Shown piece by piece: positions 25,470 through 38,532 of a stretch of 64,000 nt of DNA (the stretch's first letter is position 1; every line of letters begins with the position of its first letter). The DNA is from Phoronis australis (taxonomy: Eukaryota > Animalia > Phoronida), in NCBI GenBank assembly GCA_002633005.1, contig NMRA01000089.1, positions 434,001 to 498,000 on the forward strand, given 5' to 3'. The notes under the pieces were generated by a model. It had not been told where the DNA came from and did no database searches. It saw nothing but the letters and a program-made list of their open reading frames with translations. Both the position numbers and the translations under genes were made by a program.

Positions 25470-25477
25470 TGACGTCA
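25470..25477. promoter_or_regulatory. Consensus CRE (TGACGTCA) ~130 bp upstream of the ITPK1 start codon
   Basis: Exact palindromic motif in a CpG-richer stretch; function untested. Confidence 0.35.
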
Positions 25478-25606
25478 CTGACATCGTGTATCATCTGTGG
25501 ATAACACAGCGACACCTACTGGTTGTACACAGTCTATGCTCCAACAACACAACACCAGTATCTTTGACAACACCTCAACCGTTTTGGCTGATTTTAACGA
25601 ATCAAC

Positions 25607-28600
25607 ATGAAAAGAGTTGGAATTTGGTTTACTCCGAGCAAATGGAAAAAGTTCCGACTGGAAGAATTTATTTTTAGATGCAGGTAATAGATAATTGCCT
25701 TGTCTCGTTTGGTGAATTGTTTAGAAACCACATGCGCCGGGGCCTAGTTGTAAATACTACAGACGGGTTACGTGTCTAGGCTGAGGCTGACGCTGTGAAG
25801 GGAGGGGCTTGCCGGATACACACTGCTTGCCATCTGAACAGCTGAGCTGGGCCATACAAATGTTCACAATGTTGTTACAACAGTAATGAACAACTGTATG
25901 CTGCAGTTTAAGAATGATTCTCTGCTGGCATACATAGCCAATGAGTCATCAATCATGAAAATCCCTTAAATGGGTCATCGTGGCAGAGATCCAGGATTAG
26001 TGGTTGAGTGTTGCCCAGGAGGAAGTATCACAGCTTATTTGACTTCTTTTGATCTGTTAGAACTCCGTAGATGTAAAGAAGGGAGTATTGCATATATACG
26101 CACTGGAGGTCAGTTATAGATGTGCTGGAAGTAGTCGGTGATTATGGTTCTCGATCTTGTCTTGTGACGCACGTAATAACACGCAGTGCTGCTCTGGCAC
26201 GTGGTTACCTGCAATATATGACTTCCAGTGCAGTCTTTTGGGGAAAGGTTCTATGAGATCGAAATAAGTCTTCTGAGGGAACATCCTGTAATACGCCTCA
26301 GTCCAGTGGGGTTTTGTCATCCAGATCATAACGTAAAATTGCCGTGAGGACTTGACAGGGACCTCAGGGGTCTCACACTCCACTGATTTATCCACTTAAT
26401 TTTGAAAACGCTTTACCCAGTCACACATTGTATGTCATAAAAGAGATAAGCATACCAGCAGCTGACGCAGCAAGTACAACTACTCTCGCGTTTATCACAT
26501 TGGTGTAGACTCACAGTTGAACTGTGTTTTTCTGTAGACGGCCAGACCGTCCCGTGTTGCACCATATACCAACTCCGGACGGTCTCTTACGACGATTAAG
26601 CGTTATGCCCATCACACATGGGGAACCATGAAAATGGGCACAGAGACATCCCTACCAGAAACAAGTGGACCCCAAAGTCATCACCTTCATCAACCTTTTC
26701 AGTGCTCTTCCTAGTAACCCCCACAAGCACACAGTCGTTCACTCCCTCAAATCGCACCAAGTAAACTGCTTGACACCTGAGATAATACTTTTGACAAATA
26801 CAGATCTATCAAGTTGGGGGACTGATTATACCACAAGTTAAATTGGCATGTCTCTCTGGCTGCCAACTCATCCTCTGGATCAAACTTTATGCCGACCATG
26901 GAATAGGTAAGGCTTGCTGGTAAAATGTAATTGTCTAATATTTGAGAACCACTTGAATTAGACACCTTTCATAAAATGAGTTTAATTATCTTTTTGTTTT
27001 ACTTTTCCAGGGACGACTTTGAAATGGTTCAGGTATGGTTGATGTACTATTTCATAGAGAAAAAGAATTTTGGCAGTTATGTCAGGTGTTTTAAAACAAA
27101 GTTTGGGAATGTCAATTTTTTTAAAAAAATCGACACATTTCCAAAACTTGACAATCATTCTGCAATAACGAGGCCTATTGCTTGGTTGAAAATGTTTCAT
27201 GATCGGTTTTTAAATGACATTTTTGTTGATTTACATCATGGGTGCATTTCAATAATCTGTGTTGCTGTTGTTGCTGTTGGAGAGGTGATTATTTACTTTG
27301 CCCGCAGTAATGTCTTAATGGTTATTTAAGAGTTTGAGGAAAATTATGTGTTGAAGGAAGCTGAGTGAGGATTCAGAGAAATGCTGCACAGACTGATTCG
27401 GAGAACACTTTTGTAGCAACTGTCCTTGTTAGTATCAAATTGCTTTTTGGTGTCATATTTCACAATAACCAGAAAAATTCCTGTATACTGGTACATACAT
27501 GCCCACATTCATGAAATTTTGCTTGTAAAACATCCTTATAATCTTCTTAGTTACCAACGTTCTGTAATCAAAAGTGGCACATCTGGGTCTAAGATGCCAC
27601 AAAGGAAAAATTGTCTGTCGCAGCTGTCCTCTGAAATAATGTGCCAATAGCAATGTTTAATCCTGTTTAGGAAATGAAGTGAGCTTGCAAAACACAAAGT
27701 GCAGCCAGGTGTTGAAACACAATGGGGTCAGTATGTAATTATCGTCACTCAAAAAATGGAGCATTCTCATGCTGTTGCGGTACAAAGTTTGAAAAAGTAG
27801 GATGGTTCCGTCAAAATGAGTCAGTTGGCTAATAAAGTAGGTCATTGTGTCTGTCTCCATCTTGCTGTCTGTCTGTATGACTGTTTACTTCACACTCATT
27901 TTTACACTGCAGATTGATATGACTAGGGATATAGAAAGTCAAGGTCCATTCCATGTTATTCTTCATAAAGTGGTAGACTTAATCAAAAGTGCTGAAAAGG
28001 GCGATACCCACGCACAAGAATGTATAGACAGATATGAGGTATGTGGCAACAAATCTGATCTTGTAAATTTGTGAAATATTGTTGTTTAATGCTCTGGTTT
28101 CTTTACATGAAAATTATTCGCTAACATGTCCAAAGTGTGTTAATTCTTAATTTATGTGGCATGTAAGTGTCGTATTTCTGAACAAGAATAAAAATTATTA
28201 AATTTTAATGATATTGTAAATGATTGCATGGTGCTGTAAGGCCTGCATTAAGATTTTTCAGTCTTTGAGAAATCAGAAAATATACTTTTATGGGTTAAAA
28301 ATGCTCAGAATTGCAATGTTGTAAATGTCCACAATTTCTCTGTTAGTACATGAAAATGATTGAGAATTTATTTGGAGCTACCAATCTTTAAAAAATGAAA
28401 AAATACAATATTCTTGTTCGCCATGTTGTGTCATGAATTGTGGACTCCATCTTGGTATGCAAACAAGTATAGGTTTGATTTATGGTACACCTTATTGTGT
28501 ACTGAGACCAAGAAATTGGCAAAATACCTGACCTTGGTCTCTTGAGCTCGATATAAAAAACCCTGCGCTGAGATCATTTTAGGAATAAGTGGAATGGTGT

Positions 28601-31600
28601 TGTTTGAAGAGTAGTTTATGTGTATCTTAGCTGGATATTTGTTTTGTTTTAGGAGGCATCAGGTGCTGTTTGCAAGGCAGAATATAACAGCTTGCAGTGT
28701 TTTTGGAAAGTATTAAAAAGTGAGCGACCAACTTGAAATGTCATTGCTGAATTCACATGACATAATAATTAAGTGCTAATTACAGAGATTTATCAAGAGT
28801 CACCCTGAGATACTGGTGTTTGACAATTTGGATGCTTGTCGTAAAATTCTTGACCGAGGTGAACAGTGCAGACTGGCCAGGCAGTGTGAAATGGAAGTGG
28901 ATGAGGGTGAGAGCTTTATGCTGGTAAACAGCCCTGATTCTGTACGGTATGCATTTAAGACTGATTAGTTCCTTGGTTGATGAGAGAGCACTCTCTGTTT
29001 AGGGAGATTGAAGGCTTATCTTCGTTGTTATATCTACAACATTGTTAGTAGTTCCACGAAGGCTTGTTGTGTATAGAACTATTTATATTTAATAACAACA
29101 CGAATAACAACCTACTTAGCCACATACTTTTGGACTTGAAGAGAGTGAACTGGGTCAAATTCTCATACAAACACAGTTTTCTTAATAAAAATGATAGATG
29201 GCGCTACATTACAGCTTACCAACAACATGCATACTATGACAAACATTAATTGTTGTTTAAACCCTGGCATTATTAAAAAGGTTTCTTTATCATGTCTTTT
29301 AATTTATCAGTAAAGACTCTTTCTTACAGGGGTAATAAACCAGCACCTCTGTCAAAAAACAATAATTGAGTCCTGCCACACATAAAATTGGCCTCATCTT
29401 GTTTCTTAGATTAGAAATGATTTCTAGCCTTGTAGGCTTGAGATAAACTGACAGGTTTTCGTTAGGCTAGGTTCACGAGGTTGCTTGTCGTGCCAGGTTC
29501 GTTGTGAAACGAGTTAGTCACCAAGGCAGTGTGGCCACCAGGGCAATTCCAGGCAGTTTATTGCAACCAATTTCAATCCAAACAAAGGTTAACAATGCAG
29601 TGACATCTTGTGAATGTGTTGAAATTTTATGTTTTTAACATCTGAGGAATGGGGTTTACACCAGCTTGTTCAAAGTGAACACAAACAAATTCATCATCTT
29701 TCAAAAATGTAAGGGCTTTTAGCAAACATTGTAGCCTTTCACACGCAACGTTTCCTTAAAAAAGAAAAAATTCTTAACGCTGCATTTTGCCTTGTTAGGC
29801 TGGCTAAAAAGTAGCAATTGAATTAGGGGTCTTCCTCTCTTAGAGTTGGTCTCGTAATGCTTACGGTGATAGGATTCCATTTCTGTTACCTAAATGTTCA
29901 TATTGGAAATAGCATCCTATTGTGAGACCGATTCTATGAGAGTAAAAGCCCTGGTTTGATTTTCATGTTTTGGCCAGCTTAACAGTTGTAAATGTTGCTT
30001 TATGTGTTGCTTTACCAGTGTAGTGATCAAATGAGACATCACATGCAATGATAAACTTTTCATTACGATAGTAACTTTGTAATTAAAAGTAAAGAGTCCA
30101 GATGTTGTTAGGAAATAGTTTGACATTGCTGTTACAATACTTTTCAGATGCCAAGTTTTTTGCTCCGAACTTTATTGACATTCAACACACTTGTTCGCTG
30201 ACAGAATTGAAAGAAAAATTGACCAGTGGTGGCATCCGGTATCCATTCAGTAAGTTTTTTCACGCAGCCTATTTGGTTTAAGTAGAACACGTAGGTGTCA
30301 GTCTTAAATGGCAAAGAGGATGTGCACAGTGGGAATTTTTTGTGGCCCTGAGTTCATTAGATTGATTAATTTCCTGCCAATTGTAAAAGTGAAACGAGAT
30401 TGATCCGATGCTATCAAGAAATGACCATTACGGCGTTTTCCCCTTGCTCCCAACTTGTTCCATTCTATAACCCAACAACAAGTTAGGAAGTTTACCCCTG
30501 TAGCCAATATCTTACACGACTGATTAACTCCATTCTGGCATTGATGGTTGGAGGGCCAGCTCTCTTTTGTTTGATAATTGCTCTAATCTCCAATAAGATT
30601 GTATCTACCCTGGCTGGGCTGTGCTGTTAAAAATAAAAGTTAAGTTATAACATATTTGAACACAAACCAATAGCATTTCTGAAATCTTCATCAAATGGTG
30701 ATCATGTTTAGTTTTTGAATCACCAAAATCGCCCAACTGCAACCGAAGTTACGACAATCTATTCTTTCCGAATACACCAATTCACTCTGAGTTTGACTGT
30801 GTTCACATGTGGTCTGTAAAAAGCTTTGTAGATAATTGGCCTGCTTGTTGTCCTAACAGACAAAAGACTGTGCTTGGCAGTCAACAAAGAAGCTAGATAT
30901 TATCACACAATAAGAACCCCCTACCTCTGGTAAAGTCACTGAACGGGAAAGCGCTGTCATGCTATTTGACTGTAAGCTGTTCGTGAGTGCTGAATTCAAA
31001 CACCGAGCTCTTTCTAAGGACTCTGGGACTGTAATATTGAAATGACCCGCTATCTAGTTGCAAATGACTGAGCATCAAAACACGACTAGAAAGACCTCTG
31101 TGTTAAATATTGAAAACTTTATCCATGCATTTTTTGTTTTACCTTGACATAGTACCATATGGGTGTTTATTTGCACTTTCTCTTGTTTTTCACAGTAACC
31201 AAATGTCCAGATGCTCAAGCTGCTGACCACTGTCACCAAGTGAGTAGGTATTAAAATGAGCTGACTCATTAATTTTCTATCTAAACAATGGAAATGTACA
31301 CATCATATCCAACATTCAGCAGCTCTTCAGGGCATTGAGAGCGTGTCTATACACTCAAACAGGTTCTACCAATTGCAGATGGCTGCAGTTCGTCTCGTGC
31401 TTCTGTCCATTTCTAACACTTCTCGAAAGTAACAGCGTCTATTTTGCTCACATTTCAGATGGCACTGATATTCAGCGAAGAAGGCCTAAGGGATGTGCAA
31501 ATGCCATGTATTATTCAAAACTTTGTGAGTCACAGTGCAACACTGTTCAAGATGTTCTGTCTAGGAGAGCACTTATATGTGGTTGGACGGAAATCAATCA

Positions 31601-33961
31601 AAAACTTCAGTGAAAATGGTAAGCTGTGTTTTCAACAGATGAATGATGAAAACTGTGATAATCTTTATTTTATTTAAATTGCTTTAAAATTTATAACATT
31701 GGTAATACTCTGTAATTTAGCGGATATATTTATATTTCCCAAGTTGTACTAAGTTGTAACACCGGCCTGCCGTTCAGTAACGCTAGGACCTCGCTAAAAA
31801 GCAAGACCTTGTGAGATTACGAGAAATATTGCTGTGTATTTTAAATGAGAACATGTGATACTGGCTAGATTTAGCATTTGTCGTAGCGCTACTGAATGCA
31901 CACCAGGGGTCTGTCTCGTGAAAAGTGACTTGTGGTTGTGGAGTGACCAAATATCTTCAAAACTATAGATTTTAACTCAGTAAAAACACATTTTCTGAAA
32001 GTAGAAAGTGAAGGGAATTTTGATTTTTAGATTTTTAGTTTTTTGCTAATCTGCCCTCCATTGAGTCACGTGATCATGTCTTTCTAGTATAATTTAGCAA
32101 AACGGAACGATACATTGGTGGCCAAAGAATAATATCAATAATGTGACCAAATTTTTTCTGAATATTCAAGATGAAATCTCAAAAATGCTGTTTCAGTTTC
32201 ATTTAATGCAAACTTTGATTTTTTTATGAAAATTATATGCCGTATCCTTGATTGCCTTTCATGCAAAAGTTGTACCTAAAAACAATTCATAAAAATCTAT
32301 TGGACAACATTGCACAAAGGATAATATCTGGAAATTTTGAATGAATCTGATCTGCCATTTCTGAGATATAATGTTGCAAAGTTAGTCAAACTTGAAGATT
32401 TTTCTAGGGTGTTACATAACTTTAAGACTTATGTCTCAGGCCAAAAATTTGCCTGTGCTAAAAACCCAGCTCAAATTTGCTGTTCAAGCAATTTTCCCTC
32501 AGTAATTTTTTGCTTCTTTCTAGGTAACAATAGAACAACTTTTTTTGACAGTCGTGATATTTCTAAGCAAAACTCAAAGTCTGTGCTGACAGAGGTAAGT
32601 CATGTTGTGCTTAGTACCCCTGGTAAACCAGTGACTTCTACAAAAACTGAATTCACGTGAAACTTTGTGATGAACTATACATATCACATAAGTTTCACAT
32701 TAATTTTCTTTATTGCTCTTTATACTAGTTTGAATGGTTCAACACCCAATGAGAGATGAGGCTTGAAGGAAGTTAGGTGATCAGTGATGTGCTATTTTTT
32801 ATATACTTATGGTTAATTACTTTGTAAAAATTCTAATAAAGCCAGCCAAATAAATTGATTTAGCATTAACCTTTAAGTGCATTTGTCTGGGCATACAACC
32901 ACACAGTCAATTAGAATTAGTAAGTGGCTGTGTCATGAATAGTAGCAATGGGTAAGAGTGATGTATGCCTGGTTCTGTTGGTTGATTTATCTGCCCGATT
33001 TTATGGGCATTTAATAAAATTAACCTGAACACAGACAATTTGCCATGGCCGTTTCTTAATTTTAAGTGAATTTTACATGACTTATGTTCTTGGTTCTTCA
33101 GCTAAATATTTTTTATTGCCGACATTGTCCTAGTTGTTGCTGTTTCATACTGATGCCCTTATTCTAATCATAATAAACTCTCCTCCAGGTGGCAGCAGGC
33201 GATAGGCAAAAAAACATTCTGCCTGATATGGCAAGATTTGCAAAACTTGCTAAAGTCTTTCGGTCAGTCACACAGCTTGAATTGCTTGGTGTGGACTTTT
33301 GTGTTGAAGATGGCACTGGGAGATATGCTGCTGTAGATATCAATGTTTTCCCAGGTAAGTGTTTCACCTCTGGCTTTTACTGTCTGAAATGTTTTGATCA
33401 AGTGTTTATGTTTTGAAAATTGTGGTATTTGCCCAAGTTTTAAAAATGCAATTTAAGTACTCTGCTCTTCTGTCTCTAAATGTCAAGTCTGTGGTACAAA
33501 TTAGTGCTGGTGGCGCCGGTGCATGGGAAGCAGTGAGTTGTTGATATGTTGACTGTGGTTGAATCAGCAGGTCACAGGGTTTAAAACCTTGCTCGCATAT
33601 GTTTGTGTGGCTTTTGGAAAAACATTTGGTACATTGACTGACAGTGATGGCGGGTGGACCAACTTTGCTTTTTCTGTTTGCCACTGATATTTGTCATGTC
33701 CAAAAACCGGTGAAAATCTGTAAAGTCTCTTCATGAAACTTAACAAGGAGAGGTTACTGACATTGTTGTAAGCTGCTCAGACAAGTTTTAAAAGTGTTGG
33801 TCTGTTGTTGTTTTTTTGCCTAAGTTATTTTGATTATCTTGCACCACACAAATCTCGTAACTTGTTTATGTTGTTTAGGTTATGACGGAGTTCCTGACCT
33901 GCACAAACTGCTGAGAGAATTCCTTTTGGAGAAGATCAAAGAACAGGCTAAACTGAGTTGA
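25607..33961 (+). CDS. ITPK1: Inositol-tetrakisphosphate 1-kinase / Ins(1,3,4)P3 5/6-kinase (complete, 323 aa)
   Basis: Exons 25607-25683, 27011-27032, 27913-28038, 28786-28906, 30148-30249, 31196-31239, 31459-31618, 32524-32594, 33189-33354, 33879-33961 sum to 972 nt, in phase. Motifs: MKRVG.W, QGPFHVILHK, HPEILVFD, YPFITK, HQMALIF, QNFVSH...LFK, LLGVDF, DINVFPGY.G. Confidence 0.92.
30426..30961 (+). mobile_element. MITE family B, copy 1
   Basis: Colinear with 55006-55563 over the full length; imperfect ~14-bp terminal inverted repeats CATTACGGCGTTTT / AAAGCGCTGTCATG. Confidence 0.75.
31945..32425 (+). mobile_element. MITE family A copy (degenerate)
   Basis: Shares CAAATATCT.CA.AACTATAGA.TTTAAC.CAGT and GCCATTTCTGAGATAT.ATGTT with 59900-60349. 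Confidence 0.55.
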
Positions 33962-36900
33962 TTATGTTGAGTGGGTTTCCCTGCATCCTTTATGTTAACA
34001 CTAGTCAGATACTGACAATAGCAACACATCTAAGTGTCACACCCTCTGGAGGAAAACTCGTGTGTTCGACCATTCAATGAATCAATCATTTGTAGTCTCA
34101 GTTTCTACACCGCATTACCTTGGACTCTGGTTCTGTACTTTTCTCAAACCTAATCATCAAACCGATACCATAGTTTATGAAACAAGCAAATCCAACAAAT
34201 GTTCCCAATGGTATTCTTGAGTGCCTGCCTGGAACCCTTATTTTAAATATGATTTCAATGCCCTACTCGTAGATGGTGTTCAGAGAATGATGTAAAGAAT
34301 TCTTTATCTGTCAGATCATCATTAACGAAGCCACGTCATTCGAGTTTTTTATATCCCAGTTACATAATTTGTGTACTAGCAACATCTGCAAGGGTTCCAA
34401 TAGCATGACGCAGTGAAGCCATTACTGCAGATGACCAAACAAGAGAGGAGATACCACTCTTCATGTTCAATAGAGTGTGAAGGTGTTTTTTGTGTATTCT
34501 AACATCTTTTTTTATACGTGTTCATGTTTTCAGGGAACTATAAGCTGACTATTTTTATATATCTTCGTGCTTTTTTGAAGAAGTTTGCATAATGTATTTG
34601 AACAGGTGTTATTAGGAGCTGTGAATTACAGTGGTGGTGTCATTGAAGTAAAATCTCGCCAATTAAGGACACAGTATGATGCTGCAAAAAGGCTTTATTA
34701 GTCTGAAGTTGTATACCATAGCAATTGTCAGCCAGTGTTTTGAGAAATTGTCAGCATTCACCACAATGTTTATAGACTAAAGTCTGTCTTATTGAAAATG
34801 AAAAATGAGCAATTTGGGGAATTTATGTCTGAAATTGGTGATAATTTACCATAGTAACTGTAGTCGGTAGTTACCAACATTCCTTATTATTTATCAGTTG
34901 TGGCCTAATTGTTTCAAACACCTTATGATGCGGTGCCTCCATTCTTCTCAGCAGTTGAATGTCCACTTTCTGTTAAAACTTCTTGGCCTTGAAACATCTT
35001 CCTTCACTGAATCTTTGGACATGATGCCATACACGGCACTAGAACATACTGGCCTGGAGACTCTAGTCACTTTTAAGGGAAAATTTGGCAGCTCATGTCT
35101 GTGTGTCGTGCTAAGTAATTGCCTCGCAATAGTTTTTTGATCATTATTTTTATACTCATCTGTCTCTTGTGTTTTTAAGAAAAGTGTTTATCCCAGTTGA
35201 ATTGTCTTTCTGTATTTTTGTTGTAAATTCTATTCTAACTTTTGTATGTCAGATCTTTTTGACACAGGATATATTTTCAGTGTTAATCTTAAGTTTGCTT
35301 TTCTATTTGTGAGTAGTGCCATTCATATATTTGACATTTTTCTAAGAATATCAGACACTTTTCATTTGATTCGCACTGCGTATTCATTGTCTTGGCTGTC
35401 AGTTACAAAGTGCCTGCTCTCAGTATATCTGTGCCTCACTGGGTGACAGCGAAACGTTTTTGTCATTCGGCAAATGTAATGTTTTTTTCACTATAAAACA
35501 GTGCTTAGAGCGATAGCAATACCATATATATACATCAGCCAAGTTCAAGTGACGTCATTGTTATTTTTTGGGGCGACGGGGTTTGTATTTTAATTACCTC
35601 AATAAATATCCATCACTCAGTTGTGGAGGCTTTTATTGAATTTTCAGTTAAGGAAAGCAACATTATGCAAGGATCTGAGAAAAGTGTCGTTCTGAAAAAG
35701 AGCACGCAGTGCTGCACATGCACAAGGTCAGCAGTGTTATGTTTTTGTGAAAATGAGATAGATAATTCAAAATAGGCAGAAAATAACCTTATTGATGTGA
35801 TGCATTGGTGGCCTTAATGTATAAATACTGTAAGTTCTGCAAGAAGGAAGAAGTGCCTGGTGTAGGTATTATAAATCCATGTGCTAGGGACTGGTGCCTG
35901 CACATTTCCTCCACCTATACAATTTGTCCAGTCATCCTGCCAAAAATTGACAAATTTATTGGAAACTACAGCCCGTAGCCAGTAGGGTAGGCAAATCAGT
36001 AAGAAAAATGACTTTTGCCAGTGGATTCCCAAAACGTGCTTCTGCGTCAATTTTGTTTAAAATTGTTTTGCAAAAATTGACAGACAAGGAATGTGTTGTC
36101 AAAACTATGATCAACAAGGGGTGCCACAGTATTTAAATCTGTCCAAAAATCAAGTGGTGCCGACGTATTCGCACCATATTACGTATTCTGTCAAATTTCA
36201 TCGTGTTCTGTCCAGCAGTTTTTAAGATAATCAATGGACAAGCTAATGTAATGATAAGACAGAGGAATGATGACTATGTGACCACAAAAATTGTTTGTGG
36301 ACACTCAAAAATTCAGCAGATCCTCTTTTATGGTACGCACTGCCATCTGTTGTGAAACAGTTACCATTTCCAGTTCATCAATCCGGCCCTATTACCATCT
36401 GAAAATATTTAAAATATGCACAAAATTTCCCGATCCTTCAACTCGAAATGACCCTAGTTTTCAGAAAATAACTGCAAAAAGCCCCACGTAACAGATATGT
36501 TTTTCCAGTGTTTACAGCCTCTATGTGGGGGAACAGCTTTGGTGATAACTGGGGGTTGGGGAGTTTTGTCCTTAACTGAGAAAAAATCTCGACTAAATAC
36601 ACAGCCGGCACCTTTCCCCAGGTGAGCGAGGACCGTGCTGGATGTTGTGTTTTAAACGTTGCAGAAATCATTTCCATTACCATGTAATATTCGTGACACT
36701 CGAGTGTTAGCGACTTGTATACAAAACACACTTAGTCCAAGAATAACTTGTATTTAAGAGTTTGTCTTGAAATTCCAAATAAATGACATTTCTCAGTATT
36801 GCACATAACAAATCTTGCTTTATGTAATCAACAAAGCATAAGAAGTTTATCAAGACTTCCTTATTTACAATTTTTATAGTTGATATAGAAAATCAATTTT

Positions 36901-37536
36901 CTTTTTTCTCTGCAACGCACAGGACCAAGCAAAGCATTTGATGAATCTACAGGAATTTGACTCTTAATTCATGAATACGCCCACCATACTTGGCTTAACA
37001 AGAACTAATGGACGAACAAACGAATAGCATTTACATAGGCCACATTACTTAAGCAGGTGTACATCAACCTTTTAATATAGAGGTAAATTCACGACTCATT
37101 TTGCACAGAAATAACAAAGTTGTCATAGTTCTAATGCTGATTACTCTGCAATGAATACTGGAAATTAACCATGGCAAGTGTTTATGATATCTACATATTA
37201 CAAACTAAACTAGCAGTAAACTGAAATTTTCTTATTCTTCTGCTAAAAATTTCACAAAGTAAAATTTCACTAGTCTGTCACATCGAGTTAAATATGCGAG
37301 ACATTACCACAGGTGACTGTAGGCATAACCTGACAATTAATATTGAATTAAATTAAATTGAGATGTCATACACAAGTAATTATGATTTCTTACTTCCCTG
37401 TGTATTTGTATATGTGGAAGCTTGGTTACTGAAACCTATAACAAACTGTTATCGCCGCAAAGGAAGCAATTTAGTGTCACTTATCACTGCAAGTAACTGA
37501 GAGTAATTGTCAATGCCTTGTCATCTAGTGCAAGAT

Positions 37537-38008
37537 GGGAAATCAACAATTGGTCGGACTTCAAAACCACTTGCCTTGACTTCAAAACCATCTGGCTGGA
37601 CTGCAAAACCCCACAGCCAGTATTCCAACATCGTGGATGGACCTCAAAACCAGATGACCACACTCAAAAACCTGGTTTGACAGACCTAAAATGGGTTGGC
37701 CGGTGCTCAAACGCAATGGCTGTACAAATTGCCGATTTTGAACAAAAACAAAGGGTATGAAAAATAAACACTAGATGTCACTTGAATCCTTCTAGACATT
37801 CAAAGCGTGTCTTTGAGGAAGTCCGGCCAACTGGTAATAGCACTGGCCATCATGTTTTGGGTACAGCCAACTAATGTTTTGGGTGTGCCCCTCATGTCTG
37901 CAAGTCCAGAAAACATGTCTGATTCTTGGCCATTTGGTTTTGCATTCCATCCGACTGGTTTTGAAGTCTGAGCAAGTGGCTTTGAAGCCCAACCAATTGA
38001 TGATTCCC
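37537..38008. repeat. Foldback / long inverted repeat with ~21-bp internal periodicity
   Basis: Left arm GGGAAATCAACAATTGGTCGGACTTCAAAACCACTTGC.. matches the reverse complement of the right arm GGGAATCATCAATTGGTTGGGCTTCAAAGCCACTTGC..; similarity extends ~170-190 bp. Confidence 0.8.
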
Positions 38009-38391
38009 TGCTTTGTAGAGGTTCAAGTAGACATTTTGAGACCACACCTTCACAGGGCACCAAAATATCTGAATATTTGCTTTCACACCTCGGGATTGAT
38101 AATAGAACAGGTGATGGAACAGCAAGTTAAGGAAGAGCATTTAGTAGAAATGAACACAGTAAATGTTTAAATTATATTGAGTTCTATTACCTCGGCGAGT
38201 ATTCTGAATTAATTTTGCAATCTTCAAAAAAATTTTAATCATGAAAAAGGCAACTTAACTGGAGTTGGAACAGAGCTCAATTGTGTTATTCTTCACTTGC
38301 AATAAAATATCACCGATTTACCGAGACACAAAAGGTGAAAAAGTAAAATTTATTCCTGATCTTTTCCCTAAAAGTAGCACCAATAAATGCT

Positions 38392-38532
38392 ACCATAGTT
38401 ACCATTGGTTGACAAAGTTTGTCATAGTTACCATTGGTTGCCATAGTTACCATTGGTTTCCATAGTTACCATTGGTTGCTATAGTTACCACTGGTTGCCA
38501 AAGTTACCATAGGTTGTCATAGTTACCACTGG
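38392..38532. repeat. ~19-bp minisatellite (CCATAGTTACCATTGGTTG) x~7
   Basis: Direct tandem units visible. Confidence 0.85.

Noticed and set aside
611-33961. PC-GNMT-ITPK1 as a functional metabolic gene cluster
   Set aside because: Different pathways and alternating orientations; adjacency alone is not evidence without conserved synteny or co-expression.
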